A stretch of 64,000 nt of DNA from an uncultured Bifidobacteriaceae bacterium. Its GTDB lineage: Bacteria > Acidobacteriota > Vicinamibacteria > Vicinamibacterales > UBA2999. Within the stretch, counting starts at the first letter, position 1; every line of letters begins with the position of its first letter. The notes beneath the pieces are model-generated. The model was not told where the DNA came from. It searched no databases and was given only the letters and a program-made list of their open reading frames with translations. The DNA lies in assembly GCA_964619705.1 (NCBI GenBank), contig CAZUGF010000001.1:225327-289326 (forward strand), written 5' to 3'. This document shows positions 9,661-17,059 of this stretch, piece after piece. Both the position numbers and the translations under genes were made by a program.

Positions 9661-10466
9661 CGCGTGATCCGGGTTCCTGCCGGTCCTGTCAATGGACCAC
9701 GCGCCTGGAGCGCGTGTCCGAGTGCCTTCATGTCGTGCCCGTCGACGACGGCCACCTGCCTGACGCCGCCCCTGGCGGCCGCCTGGCACGCCGCGAGCTT
9801 TGCCACCATGCCCGCGCTCACGGTGCGGGCCTTCACGAGCGTCCGGATCCCGCGCGCATCCAGGAGCGGAATCGTGGCGCCCTGCGCGTCGAGAACGCCG
9901 GAGGTCCCGCCCGCAATCAGGAGCCGCGATGCGCCGAGGCGCACCGCGAGGCTGGCCGCCAGCGTGTCGGCGTTGACGTTGAACAGCCGGCCGCTCCGTG
10001 ATGCGCCGAGACATGCCACGACCGGCACGAAGCCTCGCGCCAAAAGCACCGAGATCAGCACCGGCCGGCCGGCCTTCGAGGGACGGCCGACCAGACCCAG
10101 ATCCACCATCGCGCCGTTCGCGGTCCTGTAGGGCGGCGCCTTGGTGACCGGCGCCACCCCGGCATCGGCGCCCGTCAGCCCGACGGCCTGTCCGCCGGCC
10201 GCGTTGACCGCCGCGACCAGGCGGACGTTGATCGTGCCCGCCAGCACCGGCACCACCACGTCCAGGGTCCGCGCGTCCGTGACGCGGAGCCCGTCCACCT
10301 GCTGCTTCTCGACGCCCGCCTGCGCCAGGGCCGCGTCGATTGCCCGCCCGCCCCCGTGCACGACGACCAGCGGACCGCGCGCGCGCGCGATGGTCCGGCC
10401 GAGGGCCGCCACCGCCGCGGGGTGCTCGAGGAGTTCCCCGCCCAGCTTGAGGAGGGTGCCGTTCAC
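9657..10466 (-). CDS. argB: Acetylglutamate kinase
   Basis: 269 aa with a GTG start and a GTGA overlap with the argC stop. Amino-acid kinase motifs are present (PLVVVHGGGRAID; VACLGASRSGRLFNVNADTLA). Confidence 0.93.
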   Translation of the reverse strand: MNGTLLKLGGELLEHPAAVAALGRTIARARGPLVVVHGGGRAIDAALAQAGVEKQQVDGLRVTDARTLDVVVPVLAGTINVRLVAAVNAAGGQAVGLTGADAGVAPVTKAPPYRTANGAMVDLGLVGRPSKAGRPVLISVLLARGFVPVVACLGASRSGRLFNVNADTLAASLAVRLGASRLLIAGGTSGVLDAQGATIPLLDARGIRTLVKARTVSAGMVAKLAACQAAARGGVRQVAVVDGHDMKALGHALQARGPLTGPAGTRITR

Positions 10467-11509
10467 AGCAGCCCGGCGCGCTCGTCGAAGCCGTGCATCA
10501 CGTTGAAGTTCTGCACCGCCTGTCCCGCCGCACCCTTGATCAGATTGTCAATGACGCTCACGACGAACACGCGACGGCCCGCCTCGTCCACGCGCCACCC
10601 GATGTCGCAGAAGTTCGTGTGCGCGACGTGCTTGATCTCGGGCAGCGCCTCGCCGGTGAGGCGCACGAAGGGCGCCTGCCGATACGCGCGCGCGAACGCG
10701 CCTGCGACGTCGGCGCCCGTAATTCCCGGCGCCAGCTGCGCATACACGCTCGACAGGATGCCGCGCTCGATCGGGACCAGGTGCGGCACGAACGTGACGC
10801 TCGCGCCGAGCGCCTGTTCCATCTCCACGGTGTGGCGGTGCCCGAAGACGCCGTACGCCGCGACGCTCCCGTGGTTCTCGCAGAAGTGCGTCCGATCCGT
10901 CGCCGCCTTGCCGGCCCCGGAGATCCCCGACTTCGCGTCGACGACAACGGCGTGGCCCGGTGCGAGGAGACCTGCCTGCGCAAGGGGCAGCAAGGCGAGC
11001 AGCGAGGCCGTCGGATAGCACCCGGGGTTGGACAGCAGGCGCGCCGGCGCGATTGCCGCCGCCTCGAACTCCGTCAGCCCGTACGCCACGCCGGCCGGCA
11101 GGTCCCCCGTGGCGGGATACCACTGCCTGCGCGCCGCCGCATCGCGGATGCGGTACGCACCGGAAAGATCGATGACCCGGACGCCGGCCTCGATGAGCGC
11201 CGGGGCCGCCTCCGCCGATGCCTTCTCCGGCAGGGCGAGGAACACCGTGTCGGCGCCGGCGGCCATGGCATCGAGATCGAGCGGCACCACCTCGCCGTCC
11301 CAGATGCGGGACAGCGCCGGAAGGCGCCGCGGCGTGCTCGTGGCCTGCGAGCCGGTGGCCATGGCCAGCGTGGCGAACGGGTGCCTGGCCAGGAGGCGCA
11401 CCAGTTCCTGCCCGGCGTACCCGGTGGCACCCGCGATGGCGACACGGACCGCAGCCGTCTCGTGCCGCTGTCCGCCCCCAATCGTTTCCGCCGCGATGGT
11501 CTGGCTCAT
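10463..11509 (-). CDS. argC: N-acetyl-gamma-glutamyl-phosphate reductase
   Basis: 348 aa with an NAD(P) motif (IAGATGYAGQELVRLL) and a catalytic Cys motif (LLSNPGCYPTASLLAL). Confidence 0.93.
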   Translation of the reverse strand: MSQTIAAETIGGGQRHETAAVRVAIAGATGYAGQELVRLLARHPFATLAMATGSQATSTPRRLPALSRIWDGEVVPLDLDAMAAGADTVFLALPEKASAEAAPALIEAGVRVIDLSGAYRIRDAAARRQWYPATGDLPAGVAYGLTEFEAAAIAPARLLSNPGCYPTASLLALLPLAQAGLLAPGHAVVVDAKSGISGAGKAATDRTHFCENHGSVAAYGVFGHRHTVEMEQALGASVTFVPHLVPIERGILSSVYAQLAPGITGADVAGAFARAYRQAPFVRLTGEALPEIKHVAHTNFCDIGWRVDEAGRRVFVVSVIDNLIKGAAGQAVQNFNVMHGFDERAGLL

Positions 11510-11555
11510 GGTCGTCCCGCTGCCGCCTCTGTCTCCTGCCCGGAAATACGCTGAG

Positions 11556-11573
11556 AAGGATATTTATACATAG
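11556..11573. promoter_or_regulatory. Candidate ARG box (ArgR operator) upstream of argC
   Basis: The reverse complement reads TATGTATAAATATCCTTC. It has about 3 mismatches to the non-N positions of the E. coli-type ARG box TNTGAATWWWWATTCANW. It sits in the only AT-rich patch of the argC/argR intergenic region. Confidence 0.45.
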
Positions 11574-11619
11574 CGTCGCCCCGCCATGTCAAGAAAACAA
11601 ACGACAAACAACGGATCGA

Positions 11620-11637
11620 TATGTATACTGATTCAGT
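11620..11637. promoter_or_regulatory. Candidate ARG box at the argR 5' end
   Basis: TATGTATACTGATTCAGT has 3 mismatches to the non-N positions of TNTGAATWWWWATTCANW. It shares the TATGTATA core with the box at 11556-11573. Confidence 0.5.
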
Positions 11638-12124
11638 TCGCCGTATATTTATGAAGCCACGTCGTCTGGCAGCCATCCGTGACCTCGTCGCCCACGAAGC
11701 CATTCGCAGCCAGGATCAGCTGCGGCAGCAGTTGGCCGTCCGCGGGTTCGTGGTCACGCAGGCCACCCTGTCCCGGGACATCAAGGAACTCGGGCTCGTC
11801 AAGCGTTCCTCGGATGGGGCGTATCAGGCCGAGCGTGCCGAGGAGCAGCCGGCGGCGGCTGCCGCGGCGTCCCAGCTGGCGCGTGCGGTATCCGAGTACC
11901 TGGTGACGGCCGAGCCCGTGCAGCAGCTTGTCGTGCTCCGCACCGGCGTGGGTCAGGCGCAGCTCCTGGGCGTGGCGCTCGATCGCGCGCGGCTGCCGGG
12001 GGTGGCGGGCACCATTGCCGGCGACGACACGATCCTCGTGGTGGCCCGCGATGCCCGGAGCGCGCTGGCCCTCGTGCAGCAGTTCAACGACCTGGCGTCG
12101 GGCGAGGGCGGTCCGGACGAATGA
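11621..12124 (+). CDS. argR: Arginine repressor
   Basis: The ORF starts at the ATG at 11621. The downstream ATG at 11651 (MKPRRLAAIRDLV) is probably the real start, because an ARG box overlaps 11620-11637. It has a wHTH (SQDQLRQQLAVRGFVVTQATLSRDIKELGL) and a C-terminal domain (GTIAGDDTILVV). Confidence 0.9.
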   Translation: MYTDSVRRIFMKPRRLAAIRDLVAHEAIRSQDQLRQQLAVRGFVVTQATLSRDIKELGLVKRSSDGAYQAERAEEQPAAAAAASQLARAVSEYLVTAEPVQQLVVLRTGVGQAQLLGVALDRARLPGVAGTIAGDDTILVVARDARSALALVQQFNDLASGEGGPDE

Positions 12125-13224
12125 GCGTGGAGGGTGGCAGGGTGAACAGCGAACGGATTGTGCTCGCCTACTCGGGCGGGCTCGTGTCGTCGTCGGCGAT
12201 TCCGTGGCTGATCGAGCGCCGTGGCGTGGACGTCGTGGCCGTGACGCTCGACGTCGGCCAGGGGCGTCAGATCGAGGGCGTTCGCGAGCGCGCCCTCGCC
12301 GCCGGAGCGATCCGCGCGCACGTGCTCGACAGGTCCCATGCGTTCGTGGCGGACATGGCGTGGCCGGTCGTCCAGGCCGGCATCGATCCCGAGCCGTCGG
12401 ACGTGCTGCTGGCGGCGCCGCTCGTGGCGCAGGCCCTCGTCGAGATCGCCCGGCTCGAGCGCGCGACGCTCGTGGCGCACGGCGCGCGGGGAGAGGTCGG
12501 GCGTGCGCTCGATGCGCTGATACGCGCGGTCGATCCTCGCGTGGACGTCGTGTCGCCGGAGATCCCGCTCGACCGGGACGAGATCGTCGCCTGGCTCGAC
12601 GCGCGGGGGTTGAGCGCGCCGGGCGGCGATGCCGCGCTGGTGGCGGAGGCGACCATCTGGGGCACGAGTGTCCGCGGGCCGGCGCTCGCGGATGCCTGGC
12701 ACGAGGCGCCGGACGCGGCGTTCACCTCCGCGCGCCCGGCGGCGGAATGTCCGGACACGCCCGCGCACCTGGAGATCACCTTCGATCGCGGCGTGCCCCT
12801 GGAGGTCAACGGCGTGGCCATGCCGCTGACGGAACTGGTGGACAGCGTGGCCACGATTGCCGGGGCGCACGGCGTCGGGCGCGACGATGTCGTGGGTGCG
12901 CGCGGCGCGGACCGCACGCGTGAGGTCCGGGACGCGCCTGCGGCGGCGGTCCTCCGCCAGGCGCACCGCGCCCTCGCCGCGGCCGTGCTGTCCGGCGAGG
13001 AGATGGCGTTCCGCGCGCAGGCGGCCGGTCAGTACCTGTCGCTCCTGCGCGGCGGCCGGTGGCTCTCCGGTTTCCGGGAGGACCTGGACGCCTATCGCGA
13101 CCGCGTGCAGGCGCGGCTGACGGGGACCGTCCGGCTGAGGCTCTTCAAGGGACACAGCCAGGTCGTGGGCCGCCGCGTCGCGCAGTATGATCCACAGCTG
13201 ATGCACGCGGCCGCGGGCGAGTGA
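12121..13224 (+). CDS. Argininosuccinate-synthase homologue with divergent/degenerate signature motifs
   Basis: ATGA-coupled to argR and followed by argH. It is colinear with ArgG (RIVLAYSGGLVSS...; GVGRDDVV...; LRLFKGHSQVVGRR). However, AYSGGLDTS reads AYSGGLVSS and the GxTxKGNDxxRF region reads HGARGEVGRALDAL. Confidence 0.75.
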   Translation: MSVEGGRVNSERIVLAYSGGLVSSSAIPWLIERRGVDVVAVTLDVGQGRQIEGVRERALAAGAIRAHVLDRSHAFVADMAWPVVQAGIDPEPSDVLLAAPLVAQALVEIARLERATLVAHGARGEVGRALDALIRAVDPRVDVVSPEIPLDRDEIVAWLDARGLSAPGGDAALVAEATIWGTSVRGPALADAWHEAPDAAFTSARPAAECPDTPAHLEITFDRGVPLEVNGVAMPLTELVDSVATIAGAHGVGRDDVVGARGADRTREVRDAPAAAVLRQAHRALAAAVLSGEEMAFRAQAAGQYLSLLRGGRWLSGFREDLDAYRDRVQARLTGTVRLRLFKGHSQVVGRRVAQYDPQLMHAAAGE

Positions 13225-13264
13225 CGGCCCGGCGCACGGCTGCCAACTCTCGCCGAGGAATCCC

Positions 13265-14656
13265 GTGTCCCAACACCTCTGGTCCGGCCGCTTCGATGCG
13301 GCGCCGGATCCTGCCGCCTTTGATTTCGGCCTCTCGTTTCCGTTCGACCGCCGCCTGTTCGAAGACGATGTGACAGGCAGCCTGGCGTGGGCCGATGCGC
13401 TGGCGGACGCCGGCGTGCTCGCCCCCGCGGATGCGTCCGCCATCCGCGACGGCCTGCAGGCCATCCTCGAGGACGGCCGCCGCGATCCATCCTGGATTGC
13501 CGGGTCGGATGAGGACGTGCACAGCTTCGTCGAGCGCCAGCTCGTCGCGCGCATCGGCGACGCGGGCCGGCGCCTCCACACCGGACGATCCCGGAACGAG
13601 CAGGTGTCGGTGGACCTCCGGCTGTACCTGAGACGCCGCATTCCGGTACTCCAGGCGAAGCTGCGCGCGACGATCGCCGCCCTCGCGGAACAGGCCGCGC
13701 GCGCCGGCGACGCGCTGATGCCGTCGTACACGCACATGCGCCGCGCGATGCCCGTGCTGGTGTCGCACTACTTCCTCGCGCACGCGGCGGCCCTCCGGCG
13801 CGATCACGATCGGCTCACGCAGGCCCGGGCGGATGCCGACGCGCTGACGCTCGGCTCGGGCGCCGTCGCCGGGACCGGCTACCCGGTGGACACCGCGGCC
13901 CTCGCGCGCCGTCTCGGGTTCTCGCGGGTCGTCGCGAACAGCATCGACGCGTCCTCGGATCGCGACTTCGCCGCGGCGTTCCTCTTCGCCGTCTCGCTCA
14001 CGATGGTGCACCTCTCGCGGATCGCGGAGGACGTCATCCTCTTCACGAGCGAGGAATTCGGGTTCTTCGACCTCGCGGACGCGACAGCCACCGGCAGCAG
14101 CATGATGCCGCAGAAGAAGAACCCCGACCCGCTGGAGCTCGTGCGCGGCAAGACGGGACGCGCCGTCGGCCACGTGACGGGCTTCCTGGTCACCATGAAG
14201 GGGCTGCCGACCGGCTACAACAAGGACCTGCAGGAGGACAAGGAACCGCTGTTCGATGCGGAGGACACGCTGAGCGTCTCGCTCGATGCGACCTCCGCCG
14301 TCGTGTCGCAGCTGGCGCTGAACGCGGCCCGCACGGGGCGCGCGGCATCCGGCCTGCTCCTCGCCACCGACGTGGCCGACTACCTGGTTTCGCGCGGCAT
14401 GCCGTTCCGGCAGGCGCACGAGGTCGTCGGCGCGATGGTGCGGCAGCTCATCGAGGACGGGCGGGACATCGAGCAGTTGACGGTGCCCGAGTGGCAGGCC
14501 TTCCACCCCCTCTTCGCGGACGACGTGAAGGCACGGGTCACGGCCGGGGCCTCGGTGCGGGCCCGCCGCACGCCACAGTCGACCCATCCGGACGCGGTGG
14601 CGGCCCACCTGGCCGAACTGTCCGCGTGGCTGGCCGGAAATGCGGTCGAATCCTGA
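13265..14656 (+). CDS. argH: Argininosuccinate lyase
   Basis: 463 aa with the fumarate-lyase family signature (TGSSMMPQKKNPD) and the typical N-terminus LWSGRF. Confidence 0.95.
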   Translation: MSQHLWSGRFDAAPDPAAFDFGLSFPFDRRLFEDDVTGSLAWADALADAGVLAPADASAIRDGLQAILEDGRRDPSWIAGSDEDVHSFVERQLVARIGDAGRRLHTGRSRNEQVSVDLRLYLRRRIPVLQAKLRATIAALAEQAARAGDALMPSYTHMRRAMPVLVSHYFLAHAAALRRDHDRLTQARADADALTLGSGAVAGTGYPVDTAALARRLGFSRVVANSIDASSDRDFAAAFLFAVSLTMVHLSRIAEDVILFTSEEFGFFDLADATATGSSMMPQKKNPDPLELVRGKTGRAVGHVTGFLVTMKGLPTGYNKDLQEDKEPLFDAEDTLSVSLDATSAVVSQLALNAARTGRAASGLLLATDVADYLVSRGMPFRQAHEVVGAMVRQLIEDGRDIEQLTVPEWQAFHPLFADDVKARVTAGASVRARRTPQSTHPDAVAAHLAELSAWLAGNAVES

Positions 14657-14808
14657 TGGTTTCCCGTGCCGCTTGCTCACGACTGAGGGGTCTGGTAAAC
14701 TCCCCTTGCCCTGCGCCCTGCGGTCTATCGATCGTTCAGGCCTGAGCTTCCCACCATTCTTTGCTTGATGCTCTTGACGGGCCTGTAGGAGCTTTTCGGG
14801 GGAGTTGC

Positions 14809-15462
14809 ATGCAGCAACGCCAGTATCGACCTGGCGACGTGCTGGACGATTACTGTCCGCGCGAGCGTCGCATTACGGACCATGCCATCGTGGCGATGGT
14901 CGAAGACGGGATCGGACGCACACGCTGTGTCGTGTGCGACGCGGAGCACGAGTTCAAGAACGCCCGCGTGCCGACCCAACGCAAGAAGACAACCACGGCG
15001 GCCCTGTTCACGCAGGTCCTCGACAACCTCGAGGCGCCGGCGGGTCGGCTGGCCACGCCTGCCGATACGGCACCCGACCCCGACGCGCCGGCCGTGCCCG
15101 ACGCCGTGGAGCCGGCATCCGCGCCGCCGCCGCCCGCGTCAGACGAAGGCCATGCCGGCGATGCCCGGCCCGAGCCCTCGGACGACAGGCCGTTTCGCCG
15201 GTCCCTGATCCGCGCCCAGCTCCCTCGTCCCGAGGGGCAGCCTCCCACGCCACGCGCCATTCCCGAGTTCACCATGCACCAGCCGCTCAACGCGGGCCGG
15301 CGCCCGGGGAACGCGCGCTTCCGCCGCCGTCCGGGCGCACAGCCCGACAGCACGGGACCGATGCGGTTCGGCCGCGATCAGGGTCAGGGTCAGGGTCAAG
15401 GTCAGGGCCGGGAGCAGGGCAGCGGCCAGGGCGGCCGCCGCCGGCGCCGCAAGAAGCACTGA
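14809..15462 (+). CDS. Hypothetical protein: N-terminal Cys/His (zinc-ribbon-like) module and a disordered basic tail
   Basis: The ATG at 14809 follows GGGGGAG (the ORF track starts at a TTG at 14761). It has CPRERRITDH...CVVCDAEH, then a Pro/Ala-rich region, and ends GQGQGQGQGQGREQGSGQGGRRRRRKKH. No family recognised. Confidence 0.6.
   Translation: MQQRQYRPGDVLDDYCPRERRITDHAIVAMVEDGIGRTRCVVCDAEHEFKNARVPTQRKKTTTAALFTQVLDNLEAPAGRLATPADTAPDPDAPAVPDAVEPASAPPPPASDEGHAGDARPEPSDDRPFRRSLIRAQLPRPEGQPPTPRAIPEFTMHQPLNAGRRPGNARFRRRPGAQPDSTGPMRFGRDQGQGQGQGQGREQGSGQGGRRRRRKKH
15379..15408 (+). repeat. Hexanucleotide tandem repeat (CAGGGT-like x5) inside the CDS, encoding (GQ)n
   Basis: The sequence reads cagggt cagggt cagggt caaggt cagggc directly. 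Confidence 0.8.
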
Positions 15463-15503
15463 TGCCGGACCAGCCGGTCCGGATTCTCCACACAGAGGAC
15501 GCG

Positions 15504-16280
15504 ATGAACGGTCGCATGCACGGAAAGGTCGGCCTCGTCGTCGGCGTGGCGAACCATCGCTCGCTGGCGTGGGCCATCGCGCAGGCCACCGCGGCCGAGG
15601 GCGCGAGTGTGATCCTGACCTACCAGGGGCGCTTCGAGGATCACGTCACCAAGCTCGCCGCCGAGCTCCCGACGCCCGCCCTCGTGCTCCCCTGCGACGT
15701 GCAGCACGACGCCGAGATCGACGCTGTCTTCGCGCGCATCCGCGAGGCCCACGGCGGCCTGGACTTCCTTGTCCACGGCGTGGCCTTCGCGCAGCGCGAC
15801 GAGCTGACGCAGCCGTTCGTCAGGACATCGCGCGAGGGGTTCCGCACCGCACTCGACATCAGCGCCTACTCGCTTGTTGCGCTCGCGCGCGGCGCCGAGC
15901 CCCTCATGCAGGCCCGGGGCGGCGGCAGCATCGTCACGCTGTCCTTCCTGGGCAGCGACCGCGTGTTCCCGAACTACAACGTGATGGGCGTCGCGAAGGC
16001 GGCCCTCGAGTCGTCCGTGCGCTACCTCGCGAACGACCTCGGCCCGTCGAACATCCGCGTCAACGCGATCTCCGCGGGGCCGGTGAAGACGCTGGCCGCC
16101 GCCGGCATCGGCGGCTTCTCCTCGATCCTCGGCGTGGTCCGCGAGAAGGCGCCGCTCCGCCGGGCCATCGAGACGTCCGAGGTCGGCGCCGCCGCCGCGT
16201 TCCTGCTGAGCGACGCGGGCCGGGGCGTGACGGGCGAGGTGATGATGGTCGACGCGGGCTTCCACATCCTCGGGATGTAG
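15504..16280 (+). CDS. fabI: Enoyl-[acyl-carrier-protein] reductase (NADH)
   Basis: Homology starts at the ATG at 15504 (MNGRMHGKVGLVVGVANHRSLAW). An alternative ATG at 15462 overlaps the upstream stop. SDR/FabI motifs are present (NVMGVAKAALESSVRYLA; NAISAGPVKT). Confidence 0.9.
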   Translation: MNGRMHGKVGLVVGVANHRSLAWAIAQATAAEGASVILTYQGRFEDHVTKLAAELPTPALVLPCDVQHDAEIDAVFARIREAHGGLDFLVHGVAFAQRDELTQPFVRTSREGFRTALDISAYSLVALARGAEPLMQARGGGSIVTLSFLGSDRVFPNYNVMGVAKAALESSVRYLANDLGPSNIRVNAISAGPVKTLAAAGIGGFSSILGVVREKAPLRRAIETSEVGAAAAFLLSDAGRGVTGEVMMVDAGFHILGM

Positions 16281-16320
16281 TCGGCTTGTCCCGGCCGTCC
16301 GCGCCCCCGTCCCGCGCGGC

Positions 16321-17031
16321 CTACTCGTCGTACCGCTCGACGACGATCGCCCCGACGGGGACGCCAATCCGGATCAGGCTGTCACAGACATCGCGGACGA
16401 GGAGCGGCGGCCCGCACACGAGGCACCGCGCATCCGGCGCGGGCAGCGCGGTCTTCAGCAGCGACTCGTCGATCCGTCCCGTCCGGCCCATCCACCGCGG
16501 CGTCTCGGTCCGCGTGACGGTCAGGTGGAGTGTCAGCCGCCCGGCACCCGCCAGCCCCTCGAGTTCGTCCCGGTAGGCGAACTCGTCCGGCGCGCGCGCA
16601 CTGTACAGCATCGCCGTGCGAGGCGCGGGCATCCGGTGCAGGGCCTCGAGGAGCATCGATCGCAGCGGGGCGATGCCCGTACCGCCGGCCACCAGCAGGA
16701 GCGGAACATCCGGATCCGCCGGCGGCAATCCGAACGTCCCGAACGGTCCGTCGACGTCCAGCGCCACGCCCGGTGCGGCCAGCTCCACGTGCGGATCGAG
16801 CCCGCCCGTGTCGTCGACGTGAACGAGCAGCTCCATGACGCCGTCGCGCGCGACCTCGAACGGTGCGGAGGCAATCGAGTAGGGCTTGCGCAGGGGAGAG
16901 CCGTGGAGCCCGACCATCACGGCCTGTCCGGCGGTGAAGACGTAGCCGGAGTCGCCGGTTTCCAGTTGGAGGACGCGCGTCCTGGGCGTGGCCCGGCGGA
17001 CCGCCCTCACGGTCAGCGTCTGCAGTGACAC
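16321..17031 (-). CDS. Ferredoxin-NADP reductase-like FAD/NAD(P)-binding oxidoreductase
   Basis: GTG start. FAD motif LRKPYSIASAP and NAD(P) motif LLLVAGGTGIAPLRSML. It lies 28 nt downstream of the HD-GYP/GGDEF gene on the same strand. Confidence 0.75.
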   Translation of the reverse strand: MSLQTLTVRAVRRATPRTRVLQLETGDSGYVFTAGQAVMVGLHGSPLRKPYSIASAPFEVARDGVMELLVHVDDTGGLDPHVELAAPGVALDVDGPFGTFGLPPADPDVPLLLVAGGTGIAPLRSMLLEALHRMPAPRTAMLYSARAPDEFAYRDELEGLAGAGRLTLHLTVTRTETPRWMGRTGRIDESLLKTALPAPDARCLVCGPPLLVRDVCDSLIRIGVPVGAIVVERYDE

Positions 17032-17059
17032 CTGCCGATCGTAGACCGGGAGCGTGGCG

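Noticed and set aside
8119-10131. 670-aa plus-strand ORF spanning the argD/argB region
   Set aside because: It is antisense to two genes with clear ArgD and ArgB motifs. Its translation is Arg/Ala/Gly/Pro-rich low complexity with no recognisable domain. This is the typical GC-rich antisense artefact.
13145-14680. 511-aa minus-strand ORF
   Set aside because: It is antisense to argH, which has the fumarate-lyase signature GSSMMPQKKNPD. Its product is Arg/Gly/Glu/His-rich with no motifs.
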